A program made the position numbers and the translations under genes. A model generated the notes under the pieces. That model was not told where the DNA came from, did no database searches, and worked only from the letters and a program-made list of their open reading frames with translations. Shown one piece after another: positions 10,439 to 19,255 of a stretch of 64,000 nucleotides of DNA; the first letter of the stretch is position 1; every line of letters starts with the position of its first letter. Origin of the DNA: Betaproteobacteria bacterium. GTDB lineage: Bacteria; Pseudomonadota; Gammaproteobacteria; Burkholderiales; Eutrophovitaceae. The stretch covers positions 918,297-982,296 of the forward strand of contig CP070775.1 in the NCBI GenBank assembly GCA_020346185.1. Direction: 5' to 3'.

Positions 10439-11881
10439 TCACGCGAGCACGTAACTCGTCTTCACCGTTGTGTAGAACTCTTGCGCGTATCGCCCTTGCT
10501 CACGTGGTCCGTAGCTGGAACCTTTGCGTCCACCGAACGGCACATGATAGTCAACGCCCGCCGTTGGCAGATTGACCATCACCATGCCGGCCTGACTGTT
10601 CTTGCGGAAATCTGCAGCGTGTTTCAACGAAGACGTGCAGATCCCAGATGAAAGACCGAACGGCGTATCGTTGGCGATGGCCAGCGCTTCGTCATAGCCG
10701 TTTGCCGCGATCACGGTAGCCACCGGGCCAAACACTTCTTCACGGTTGATGCGCATATCGTTGGAAGTGTCTGTGAAAAGAGCCGGCTCCAGATAGAAAC
10801 CCTCAGTATCACGTTTCAACTGATTGCCGCCGTAGGCAAGCTTGGCGCCCTCCTTCTTGCCTTCTTCAATGTAGAACAAGTCCTGGTTGAGCTGGTTCTT
10901 GTCGACCACAGGACCGATATCAGTGCCCTTGTTAAGCGCATTGTCCACCGTCAGCGTCTCAAGGCGTTCGATCATCGCCGCAACAAACTTGTCGTGAATG
11001 CCTTTCGTAACAACCAGCCGCGATGACGCAGTGCAACGCTGACCGGTGGAAAAAAACGCTCCGTTCACCGCGCACTCAACGGCAGTCTTGAGGTCGGCGT
11101 CATCGAGCACAACCAGTGGATTCTTTCCGCCCATTTCCAGCTGGAACTTGGCCATGCGTGCCACCGCGCTCGCTGCGACCTTGCGACCGGTGTCGACCGA
11201 GCCGGTGAACGTAATGGCGTCAACTCGCGAATCATTGACAATCGTTTCACCGACGACGCTGCCACGACCCATTACGAAGTTGAAAACGCCCTCTGGCACC
11301 CCCGCCTCAACGATGATCTGCGCCATGGCGTGCGCGGTGCCCGGTACCAGATCGGCAGGTTTGAAGACGACACAATTGCCGTATGCCAGCGCCGGGGCGC
11401 ATTTCCAGGCGGGGATGGCCGCCGGAAAATTCCACGGCGCAATGATACCGACAACGCCGAGCGGTTCGCGCACCAGCTCGACATCGATGCCGGGGCGCAC
11501 CGACGGCACCAGTTCACCAGAGTGGCGCAACACCTCGCCACCAAAGAACCGGAAGATATTCGCCGCGCGCACGACCTCGCCAATGCCCTCGGGCAGAGTC
11601 TTACCCTCTTCGCGTGAAAGCAGCGCCCCGAGTTCCTGACTTCGGGCGAGAATGTGTTGGCCGATCTTGTCGAGCAGGTCGGCTCTGGCCTGCACGCCGA
11701 ACTTCGCCCAACCGGCCGCCGCCGCCCGAGCGGCCTCGATCGCCGTTTCGGTCTGTGCCTTGTCTGCCTGAGCGTAATCAGCAACGACATCAGATGTATC
11801 CGAAGGATTGATGTCGCGCGAACTTGTCGCCCCGTCGACCCATTCGCCAGCGACGTAGTTCAGGTATTTTTGCGTAGCCAT
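10439..11881 (-). CDS. NAD(P)+-dependent aldehyde dehydrogenase (2,5-dioxovalerate / alpha-ketoglutaric semialdehyde dehydrogenase-like)
   Basis: ORF 10439..11920 trimmed to ATG 11881 (MATQKYLNYVAGEWVDG). ALDH motifs are present: FTGSVDTGRKV, LEMGGKNP, catalytic Cys context GQRCTASSR, and EEVFGPV. Confidence 0.88.
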   Translation of the reverse strand: MATQKYLNYVAGEWVDGATSSRDINPSDTSDVVADYAQADKAQTETAIEAARAAAAGWAKFGVQARADLLDKIGQHILARSQELGALLSREEGKTLPEGIGEVVRAANIFRFFGGEVLRHSGELVPSVRPGIDVELVREPLGVVGIIAPWNFPAAIPAWKCAPALAYGNCVVFKPADLVPGTAHAMAQIIVEAGVPEGVFNFVMGRGSVVGETIVNDSRVDAITFTGSVDTGRKVAASAVARMAKFQLEMGGKNPLVVLDDADLKTAVECAVNGAFFSTGQRCTASSRLVVTKGIHDKFVAAMIERLETLTVDNALNKGTDIGPVVDKNQLNQDLFYIEEGKKEGAKLAYGGNQLKRDTEGFYLEPALFTDTSNDMRINREEVFGPVATVIAANGYDEALAIANDTPFGLSSGICTSSLKHAADFRKNSQAGMVMVNLPTAGVDYHVPFGGRKGSSYGPREQGRYAQEFYTTVKTSYVLA

Positions 11882-12036
11882 GCTGTCTCCCTGTCTGATT
11901 GAGGCAGCGATGCTAGCCAACGGACGCCATTCCAGTCAAATGGCAGCCAGACCGCCTCACCCCGAGGACACACGCAGAAGGGTGAGGCAATTCGCCGGCC
12001 CCCATTCAGCGCGAAGTGGGAACGTCGTTGAGTACC

Positions 12037-12303
12037 TTACTTTCGCGCCTGCACGGCTACACTGCAGCCGTTACACCCGCTGCTGCAGCCCGTGTCACAA
12101 GCCGATTGCGGTGCCTCCTTGCCAACTTTGACCGCCAACGCATGACGCCAGCCCGCCGCACCAGCCCCGCTGCTCAATCGCAGCGCAACCCGGGCGCGAG
12201 CGCTGCCAACGGCTCGCGGCATCAACACTTTTATGGCTTGGTACAAGCTGACGGCTGCGATGAGCACCACCATAGCGAGCTCAAAAATGGGATAGAGACT
12301 CAT
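12037..12303 (-). CDS. FeoB-associated Cys-rich small membrane protein
   Basis: ATG 12303 overlaps the feoB stop (ATGA). One TM helix (MSLYPIFELAMVVLIAAVSLYQAI) and a Cys-rich tail (CDTGCSSGCNGC), as in small proteins found downstream of feoB. Confidence 0.6.
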   Translation of the reverse strand: MSLYPIFELAMVVLIAAVSLYQAIKVLMPRAVGSARARVALRLSSGAGAAGWRHALAVKVGKEAPQSACDTGCSSGCNGCSVAVQARK

Positions 12304-14129
12304 GTAACAAGGCTCACAACTTGAAAGGTAATAAACGATGCCAGGTATGCCAGACCAAACAAATAGACCACAGCGGTCGCCACGACTCCCCAAGAATTCG
12401 TTTCACGATGCATAACCGCAAGTGTTGCCAGACACTGCGGCGCGAACACGTACCACGCGATCAATGACATGCCCGTTGCCAGCGACCACTGCGAAGAGAT
12501 AATGGGTAGCAGCTGCGAGGTCGCATCGTCAGCCGCTGCTGAAATTGCATAGACCGTTCCCAGCGCGCTCACCGCAACTTCCCGTGCGGCAAGCCCAGGA
12601 ATCAGTGCGATGCAAATTTCCCAGGTAAATCCGATCGGCGCGAACAACCACTGGACCGCATGCCCGATACGTCCGGCAAGGCTGTAGTCAATGGCCGTTC
12701 CAGTCCACTCAGGAGGCGGCGTCGGATAGCTCGACAAAAACCACAGGATGACGGTGATGGAGAGAATTATCTTTCCAACTCGCGCCATGAACAGCCGAGC
12801 GCGTTCCCAGAGACCGATAGCAATGTCGCGTGGATGCGGCAAGCGATAGGAGGGTAGTTCCAGCATCAGCGCATGTTCGTGACGGTCACGGCGTAAATGC
12901 TTCATGACGTAGGCAACAATCAGCGCACCTACAATGCCGGCGATATACAAGCCGAACAGCACGACACCACCAAGGTGGAACATTCCGAGTACCGTCGTCT
13001 GCGGAATGAAAGCGGCAATCAGTAAAGTGTAGACGGGCAGCCGCGCAGAACAGGTCATTAGCGGCGCCACTAGAATCGTAGTAATGCGATCGCGCGGGTC
13101 CTGGATGGTGCGTGCCGCCATGATGCCCGGAATCGCACAGGCAAAGCTGGAAAGCAGTGGAATGAAAGAACGCCCGGTCAGGCCCGCCCCAACCATCATA
13201 CGATCGAGCAAAAAAGCGGCACGAGGCAAGTAGCCGGATTCCTCAAGAATCAGGATGAAAAGAAACAGAAAAAGAATCTGCGGTAGAAAAATAATCACGC
13301 TGCCAACGCCAGCGATGATTCCTTCGACCAGCAACCCGCGCAAAGGCCCCTCAGGCAGTGTGCCGCCGACAAAGCCGCCGATCATTTCAATGCCGCTGTC
13401 AATCACGTTCATGAACGGCGCCGCCCAGGCAAAGACCGCCTGAAACATGAAGAACATGACCAGCGAGAGAATCACGAGGCCCGCGACGGGATGCAGCACG
13501 ATACGGTCAATCGCCTCATCAAGACTCGCAGTCGGCCTTGGCATGACCACTGCCGTGTCAAGAATGTGCTTGACCTTTGCGTGCAGATCAGCGTCGGCCG
13601 GCAACCCCTGAGCGACGGTCGGCAAATCCTTTTCCATTCGTGAAATCAACTCCGCCGCGCCACCGCGCTGCACGGCAACAGTCTCAACCACCGGGATGCC
13701 AAGCTCTTTTTCCAGCCGCGCCACGTCGATGCGAATTCCCCTTCGGCGCGCCGCATCACTCATGTTGAGGGCAAGAATCATCGGCAAACCAAGACGCTGC
13801 AGCTCCAGCACGAAGCGCAAGTGCAGCCGCAGATTGGTCGCGTCGGCAACGCAGATAATTGCATCCGGCTGCTTTTCGCCTGAAAAGCGCCCAAGACAAA
13901 TGTCGCGAGTAATTTCCTCATCCGGGCTCGCCGCTGTGAGGGTATAGGCACCCGGCAAGTCGAGGACTTCAAAGTTTCTACCCGAAGGCGTTGCCAATCT
14001 ACCGGATTTGCGCTCGACCGTAACACCTGGATAGTTACCCACTTTCTGGCGGCTTCCAGTCAGAAGATTAAACAACGCGGTCTTCCCGCTGTTGGGGTTA
14101 CCGACGAGTGCAATGCGTTGCACAGACAT
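12300..14129 (-). CDS. feoB: Ferrous iron transporter FeoB
   Basis: 609-aa ORF. N-terminal G-domain (IALVGNPNSGKTALFNLLTG, GNYPGVTVERK, DLPGAY) followed by a polytopic membrane domain. Confidence 0.95.
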   Translation of the reverse strand: MSVQRIALVGNPNSGKTALFNLLTGSRQKVGNYPGVTVERKSGRLATPSGRNFEVLDLPGAYTLTAASPDEEITRDICLGRFSGEKQPDAIICVADATNLRLHLRFVLELQRLGLPMILALNMSDAARRRGIRIDVARLEKELGIPVVETVAVQRGGAAELISRMEKDLPTVAQGLPADADLHAKVKHILDTAVVMPRPTASLDEAIDRIVLHPVAGLVILSLVMFFMFQAVFAWAAPFMNVIDSGIEMIGGFVGGTLPEGPLRGLLVEGIIAGVGSVIIFLPQILFLFLFILILEESGYLPRAAFLLDRMMVGAGLTGRSFIPLLSSFACAIPGIMAARTIQDPRDRITTILVAPLMTCSARLPVYTLLIAAFIPQTTVLGMFHLGGVVLFGLYIAGIVGALIVAYVMKHLRRDRHEHALMLELPSYRLPHPRDIAIGLWERARLFMARVGKIILSITVILWFLSSYPTPPPEWTGTAIDYSLAGRIGHAVQWLFAPIGFTWEICIALIPGLAAREVAVSALGTVYAISAAADDATSQLLPIISSQWSLATGMSLIAWYVFAPQCLATLAVMHRETNSWGVVATAVVYLFGLAYLASFITFQVVSLVT

Positions 14130-14148
14130 GACTAGAGAAGCAAAAGTC

Positions 14149-14460
14149 TCAGCTAACGGCGGCAGGATCGACCATTACCCGGCTGGCTTCGCCGTGGCGC
14201 AGCGCAAAGCGGGTAAATCCAACCTGTACCAGCACCGGGTCACCGCCGATCGGACCGGCCGCGACAATACGTACCGGCTCACCCCTGACGAAACCGAGGT
14301 CACGAAGCCGGGCGGCAATCAGATCCACTGGCGCACGGTCATCAACATGGCTGACCTGCGCCAGCGCACCGAGGGGCAAGTCAGAAAGTCGTTTGGTTGC
14401 CTTGTTTGTGTTCGACGGCATTGGCCAGTGTATGAGCGGGTTATTGCGAATGATTTTCAT
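14149..14460 (-). CDS. feoA: Ferrous iron transport protein FeoA
   Basis: ORF 14149..14511 trimmed to ATG 14460. FeoA/SH3-like domain (LSDLPLGALAQVSHV...LRDLGFVRGEPVRIV). Stop lies 17 nt before feoB. An alternative start at ATG 14421 applies if transcription begins at the TATAAT that overlaps 14460. Confidence 0.85.
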   Translation of the reverse strand: MKIIRNNPLIHWPMPSNTNKATKRLSDLPLGALAQVSHVDDRAPVDLIAARLRDLGFVRGEPVRIVAAGPIGGDPVLVQVGFTRFALRHGEASRVMVDPAAVS

Positions 14461-14464
14461 TATA
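14446..14464 (-). promoter_or_regulatory. Fur-box-like operator overlapping a consensus -10 hexamer at the feoA start
   Basis: Minus strand reads TATAATGAAAATCATTCGC. By hand alignment this gives 15/19 matches to the E. coli Fur consensus GATAATGATAATCATTATC. It contains TATAAT, with TTGCGG 16 nt upstream inside the end of the XRE gene. Confidence 0.55.
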
Positions 14465-14471
14465 CGCCCGC

Positions 14472-15206
14472 CTATGAGCGCCGCAACTTCTTGAACGCCT
14501 CCGGTTCCCAAGGTCGGATCGCCAGGAGCAGACTGGCCGGACGCCGCTCGCCAAGTGGCAGGTGCTTGTCGTCGTCGTGCATCTCCGCAAAATCGCGACC
14601 AACACGTTTCAACCGGTTGATGATCTGTTCTGCCGACTTGGGTGACAACAATGCATTGATCAGAGTGACATGCTCACCCGGTCCGTCAAAGCGCGAGCGG
14701 AAATAATCTTCAGCTCCGGTCGCTTTGACGTACTGCAGGATCGGTCCATTGGCGCGCCAGGTGAAGGTGCGAGAAACGAGCAATTTGATGCGATTATTCG
14801 GCAGTAGTTGCAGGAAACGGATGCGATCGAGGTCGAGCAGCAAACGGACGCATTCGCTTTCCGATATGTCGTAAATGGCTACGATCTGTTCGAGTGTCAG
14901 ATGGTTGAGGACGCAAACCGCGACGATAAAAAGTTTGGTATCGCCGAGGATGAGCCGCTCCTGTTCCTCGGTCAGCTGGCTAATGTAGTTTTTCTCGCTA
15001 TCTACCTCCCGGGCCAGTTCACCGAGACTGATGTCAGCCAGCCGGCATACCTGCTCGAACCGCCCCAGGGAAAAATCGTTCTTTGAAAACATTCGCTTGA
15101 CTGTCGCCTCGCTAAGTTCGAGAGCTTCGGCGACCCGCGCATAATTGATGCGGCGTGCTTTCAGAACGCGCTTCAATCCACTGACCATGGCGGCTGTTTC
15201 CGACAT
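14472..15206 (-). CDS. XRE-family helix-turn-helix transcriptional regulator
   Basis: 244-aa ORF. N-terminal HTH (LKARRINYARVAEALELSEATVKRMFSKNDFSLGRFEQVCRLADISLGELA). Lies directly upstream of feoA on the same strand. Confidence 0.8.
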   Translation of the reverse strand: MSETAAMVSGLKRVLKARRINYARVAEALELSEATVKRMFSKNDFSLGRFEQVCRLADISLGELAREVDSEKNYISQLTEEQERLILGDTKLFIVAVCVLNHLTLEQIVAIYDISESECVRLLLDLDRIRFLQLLPNNRIKLLVSRTFTWRANGPILQYVKATGAEDYFRSRFDGPGEHVTLINALLSPKSAEQIINRLKRVGRDFAEMHDDDKHLPLGERRPASLLLAIRPWEPEAFKKLRRS

Positions 15207-15355
15207 TCACAAACTCCCCCTCGTGCTTGAAAGTACCAGAATTTGATACCGAGAGGATACCCGGCTTCGACCATCGACGAACTGCTTTACCCGCAACGCC
15301 CACACACCCACACTTCCCTCAACACAACGAGAGCAAAGCCACGGAGACAACGAAG

Positions 15356-15541
15356 ATGCCCGAGCGATCACTCGCTGCAGCCATGCGCGACGCTATAAAG
15401 AAAAAACAGACTGGCTCTGTGCGTGACGACGATGCGGGGCACGTATTGCTCGAGGCGGTCAAGAACAGCACAACACGCATGGATCAGATCGTCCTGCGCC
15501 GTATCGGTATCAATGAGAAAACAGTGAGGAATCCGAAGTAA
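15356..15541 (+). CDS. Hypothetical small protein (61 aa)
   Basis: ORF 15227..15541 trimmed to ATG 15356, with GGAGA 9 nt upstream. Codon third positions are GC-biased. A strong terminator follows at 15604. Confidence 0.4.
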   Translation: MPERSLAAAMRDAIKKKQTGSVRDDDAGHVLLEAVKNSTTRMDQIVLRRIGINEKTVRNPK

Positions 15542-15603
15542 TCCCGACAGGTGGGGAAATGCTGCTCCAGCTTCCTGGAGGGCGGGCATCCCGCCTCATT
15601 CGA

Positions 15604-15631
15604 CCGGCTGTCAGCACAGCCGGTTTTTTTT
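15604..15631 (+). terminator. Rho-independent terminator
   Basis: CCGGCTG-tcagca-CAGCCGG perfect 7-bp stem followed by T8 (15624-15631). Confidence 0.8.
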
Positions 15632-15713
15632 GCCCGGCGATAGCTCGCAGTGCTGTTGCCATTATGAGCCACATGTCGTGCGACAATAGGGCGCTTTGCA
15701 TCAACCTTCGGCA

Positions 15714-16886
15714 ATGCCTAACTTTTCTCTGGCCGCGCGTGATGCGGTTCGACAACTCAACATCTCGCGCATCCGTGAAGTTGCCAATGCCGGCATGCAG
15801 CGCAACGACGTGATGGCTTTCTGGTTTGGCGAACCCGATCAGGTCACCCCGGATTTCATTCGTCGCGCAGCGGTCGATGCTCTCGACGCCGGCGAGACTT
15901 TCTACACAGAGAACCTGGGCATCCCGCAACTGCGCGAAGCGATTGCCCGCTATGTCTCGGAACTGCATCGCGAGGTATCGTCGCAGAATATAGCGGTAAC
16001 CAACTCAGGAATGTCGGCATTGATGATCGTCACGCAAGCACTGGTCAGCCCCGGCGACCGGGTCGTGATCGTGACACCGGTGTGGCCAAATCTGGTTGAG
16101 ATGCCGAGAATCCTCGGTGCCCAACCCGTTACTTTCCCGCTGACATTCACGGCAGCCGGCTGGCAGCTCGATCTGTCCGGACTATTGGACGTGCTGTCAC
16201 CCGACACCAGAGCCGTCTATATCAATTCGCCTAACAACCCCACCGGATGGACCATCGATGCCGAATCACAACAGACGATACTGGAGCATTGCCGCCGACA
16301 TGGGATCTGGCTGATCGCAGACGACGCCTATGAACGATTGTTTTTCGGCAACGATGAAGGCCTTGCTCCGTCCTTCCTGGACATTGCCGATCCGCAGGAT
16401 CGCCTGGTCAGCGTCAACACCTTCTCCAAAGCATGGCAGATGACCGGCTGGCGGCTTGGCTGGATGGTCGTGCCTGAAGAACTGGCTTGCGCTGTGGCCA
16501 CTCTGATTGAATACAACACGTCCTGTGCACCAGGCTTCGTGCAACGTGCTGGAGCCACGGCAATGCAAGCCGGGGAAGCTGCAGTAAAGGATTTCAACGT
16601 GCGAATGAAACGTGCGCGCGACTTTCTGGTACAGCATCTTACGGTTTTGCCGGGCGTTGAGGCCAGTCAGCCCGACGGAGCGATGTACGCGTTCTTCAGG
16701 CTGGCGAAGGCCAGCGACAGCCTGGCTTTTTGCAAACAGCTGGTCGACTCGGTGGGACTCGGCCTGGCACCAGGCGTGGCGTTTGGCGCCGAAGGCGAGG
16801 GCTTCGTACGCTGGTGTTTTGCGGCAAGCGAGGCGCGTCTCGCGGCAGGAATCGAGCGCTTGAAGGAGGCGCTAAATTACGAATGA
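15714..16886 (+). CDS. PLP-dependent aminotransferase, class I/II (aspartate aminotransferase-like)
   Basis: ORF 15696..16886 (ATG 15714 or TTG 15696). Motifs NPTGW and SFSKAWQMTGWRLGW (PLP lysine). Confidence 0.88.
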   Translation: MPNFSLAARDAVRQLNISRIREVANAGMQRNDVMAFWFGEPDQVTPDFIRRAAVDALDAGETFYTENLGIPQLREAIARYVSELHREVSSQNIAVTNSGMSALMIVTQALVSPGDRVVIVTPVWPNLVEMPRILGAQPVTFPLTFTAAGWQLDLSGLLDVLSPDTRAVYINSPNNPTGWTIDAESQQTILEHCRRHGIWLIADDAYERLFFGNDEGLAPSFLDIADPQDRLVSVNTFSKAWQMTGWRLGWMVVPEELACAVATLIEYNTSCAPGFVQRAGATAMQAGEAAVKDFNVRMKRARDFLVQHLTVLPGVEASQPDGAMYAFFRLAKASDSLAFCKQLVDSVGLGLAPGVAFGAEGEGFVRWCFAASEARLAAGIERLKEALNYE

Positions 16887-17530
16887 AAGTCACAGTTATT
16901 CCGGTCACACCGTTTCAGCAGAACTGCTCCCTGCTGGTCTGCGAGCAAAGCGGACAGGCGGCACTGGTTGATCCGGGAGGCGATATCGAGGTCATTCTCG
17001 GCGCGGTCGAGAAAAGCGGCGCCCGTTTGGAAAAAATTCTCCTGACGCATGGCCACATCGATCACTGCGGGGCAACGGCCGAGTTGCGAAGACGCGCCGG
17101 CGTGCTAGTCGAGGGCCCTCACATCGAGGACCAGTTCTGGATTGATCAGCTTGCGCAGCAAGCCCGCCAGTTCGGATTCGGAGCGCTGGAATCGTTCGTC
17201 CCCGAGCGCTACCTGGAAGGCGGCGACCGCGTCAGCTTCGGTAACATTTCAATGGAAGTGCGCCATTGCCCGGGCCATACTCCCGGACACGTCGTATTCT
17301 TTCACCAAGGCCATCGGCTCGCTTTCGTCGGCGACGTTCTGTTCCACGGCTCCATCGGCCGAACCGACTTTCCGCGCGGTGACCTGCCGGCATTGATCGA
17401 ATCCATTACCACGCAGTTATGGCCGTTGGGCGATGATGTTACTTTTGTCCCCGGGCACGGGCCGATCTCCACCTTCGGGGAGGAAAGGCGCTCCAATCCG
17501 TTCGTTAGCGACAAGGCGCTGGCGACATAA
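16883..17530 (+). CDS. MBL-fold metallo-hydrolase (glyoxalase II-like)
   Basis: ORF 16730..17530 trimmed to ATG 16883, which overlaps the aminotransferase stop (ATGA). Motifs THGHIDH and CPGHTPGH. Confidence 0.85.
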   Translation: MKVTVIPVTPFQQNCSLLVCEQSGQAALVDPGGDIEVILGAVEKSGARLEKILLTHGHIDHCGATAELRRRAGVLVEGPHIEDQFWIDQLAQQARQFGFGALESFVPERYLEGGDRVSFGNISMEVRHCPGHTPGHVVFFHQGHRLAFVGDVLFHGSIGRTDFPRGDLPALIESITTQLWPLGDDVTFVPGHGPISTFGEERRSNPFVSDKALAT

Positions 17531-17591
17531 GGTGGCCAACAGCTTGGAGATCAACGTGAGCCACGCGATTGACCGAGTCGGAGAGTAAGCA

Positions 17592-18497
17592 ATGCCGATG
17601 ACATTTCACCAGATTCACACCCATTTCGTCGCGGAAGTCTCCGGCGTCGACCTGAGCGCGCCGATTACCAGTGAAGAAGCTCAGATCATTGAAAACGCGA
17701 TAAACCGCTACGGCGTGCTAGTGTTTCGCGAGCAGAGCATCAGCGACGCGCAACAGGCGAGTTTCAGCCGGCATTTCGGCGCGCTGGAAGTACCGGGTCT
17801 GAAAACCAACATCACCAAAGCGAAGAATCGCCGCCTCGGTAAGTTCATGGCCGACATCTCCAACCTCGACAGGGCGCACAACATCCTCGACAGCGAAAGC
17901 CGCCAGCGCATGTTTAATCTTGGAAACCGGTTTTGGCACTCTGACAGCTCCTACCGCGCAATACCGGCCAAGCTCTCACTGCTATCGGCCAGGGTGGTGC
18001 CGCAACATGGCGGGCAGACTCAGTTCGCCGACATGTGTGCAGCTTATGACGCGCTCGATGCGAAACTGAAAAAGGAGATCGACGGACTGGTTTGCGAACA
18101 CTCATTGCTCTACTCGCGCGGCCGACTCGGGTTCGGAGATTTCACCAAAGAAGAAGAAAGGAATTTCAGACCGGTGCATCAAACGCTGGTGCGCGTCCAC
18201 CCCGCCAGCGGACGACGCTCACTGTTCCTGTCGGCACATGCCGGTCAGATTGTTGGCTGGCCGACGCCGGTCGCCCGCGTGCTGCTCGAGGAGCTCACTG
18301 AGTTCGCAACGCAAGCTCAATTCGTCTATACGCACCACTGGCGGCCGTTCGATCTGGTGATCTGGGACAATCGGCGAACCATGCATCGGGCGCGCCGTTT
18401 CGATGACGCCAATCAGGTAAGAGACATGCGCCGAACAACCGTCGCTGGTGAGGCGCCTACCGTGGCCAAACAACCCAACAACATCACCGACGCCTGA
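17592..18497 (+). CDS. TauD/TfdA-family Fe(II)/2-oxoglutarate-dependent dioxygenase
   Basis: 301-aa ORF. TfdA-like N-terminus (FVAEVSGVDLS...) and the WHSDSSY iron-binding motif. Confidence 0.85.
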   Translation: MPMTFHQIHTHFVAEVSGVDLSAPITSEEAQIIENAINRYGVLVFREQSISDAQQASFSRHFGALEVPGLKTNITKAKNRRLGKFMADISNLDRAHNILDSESRQRMFNLGNRFWHSDSSYRAIPAKLSLLSARVVPQHGGQTQFADMCAAYDALDAKLKKEIDGLVCEHSLLYSRGRLGFGDFTKEEERNFRPVHQTLVRVHPASGRRSLFLSAHAGQIVGWPTPVARVLLEELTEFATQAQFVYTHHWRPFDLVIWDNRRTMHRARRFDDANQVRDMRRTTVAGEAPTVAKQPNNITDA

Positions 18498-18584
18498 GAC
18501 CGACGGCGATGGCAGAAGTTTGTGGCGGCGCAACCGTTGACCGGTTACACCGTCCACGGCTAGTGTGGACTCTCGTGACCCACA

Positions 18585-19253
18585 CTAGCCGCGCCTGGAA
18601 AACATGCGGTCGAGGTGTTCCATGTCGTTGACGACCTTCCATTCGGTCGCTCCCGCAGCAAGGGCACGCTCTTCCCACCATTCCAGACGACTCAGGTATC
18701 GCCGTGGGTCCATATTGTCGGTATCGAGCTTGGTTACGTTCAAGGCAATGATGCGAATGCCATCGAGCTTGATCGGAAAATCACGCACCGTCTTGTAATC
18801 AAGCTCCTCCTGCATATCGGAGAAAATGATGATCGTCTTGCGGCCCGCACCGGTTTCACGCAGGAACTCTGCCGCCTGAATGATGCCGCCGCTGATGTCA
18901 GTGTAGCGACTACCTTTGCCGGACTGCGCCGACTTGGCAAACTTATTGATCTTCTCAGCAAAAGCGCGCTTTTGCGAATTCACCTGCAGCGGATCGGAAT
19001 TCAGTGACACCTTGGCAACGATGTCACGCTCGGTGAAACTGCGGCTTTTGACACGAGCCACGGCAAGCGAGTCGCCCGGCTGCAACGTCCCCAGCAGATA
19101 GTTCACCACATTCTTCGCCTTTCCAACCTGTTCGGCGTAGGTCCCGGATGTGTCGACCAACATGTACACCGAGTGAAGATAGTTCTGCTCGTTGCCACAT
19201 GCCGCAGTCAAACCAGCAAGAACCACTCCTATAACAACTCGCATCCACTTCAT
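18585..19253 (-). CDS. VWA-domain protein, probable lipoprotein
   Basis: ORF 18585..19346 trimmed to ATG 19253. Signal peptide MKWMRVVIGVVLAGLTAAC. MIDAS-like residues LVDTSGT, YTDISGG, IFSDMQ. The start lies 2 nt after the stop of the upstream gene. Confidence 0.75.
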   Translation of the reverse strand: MKWMRVVIGVVLAGLTAACGNEQNYLHSVYMLVDTSGTYAEQVGKAKNVVNYLLGTLQPGDSLAVARVKSRSFTERDIVAKVSLNSDPLQVNSQKRAFAEKINKFAKSAQSGKGSRYTDISGGIIQAAEFLRETGAGRKTIIIFSDMQEELDYKTVRDFPIKLDGIRIIALNVTKLDTDNMDPRRYLSRLEWWEERALAAGATEWKVVNDMEHLDRMFSRRG

Positions 19254-19255
19254 TT

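Noticed and set aside
16730-16882. N-terminal extensions offered by the ORF track (16730 for the MBL hydrolase, 41174 for tolQ, 24280 for the di-haem protein, 1951 for the redoxin, 19346 for the VWA gene, 20884 for the membrane protein).
   Set aside because: The extensions overlap upstream genes or have Arg-rich junk composition. Internal ATGs with Shine-Dalgarno sequences give canonical N-termini or signal peptides.
18558-18590. 11-bp perfect hairpin (GGCTAGTGTGG ... CCACACTAGCC) between the convergent tfdA-like and VWA genes, considered as a terminator.
   Set aside because: There is no U-tract on either side, and the right arm overlaps the VWA stop codon. It may still stabilise the 3' ends, but I cannot call it a terminator.
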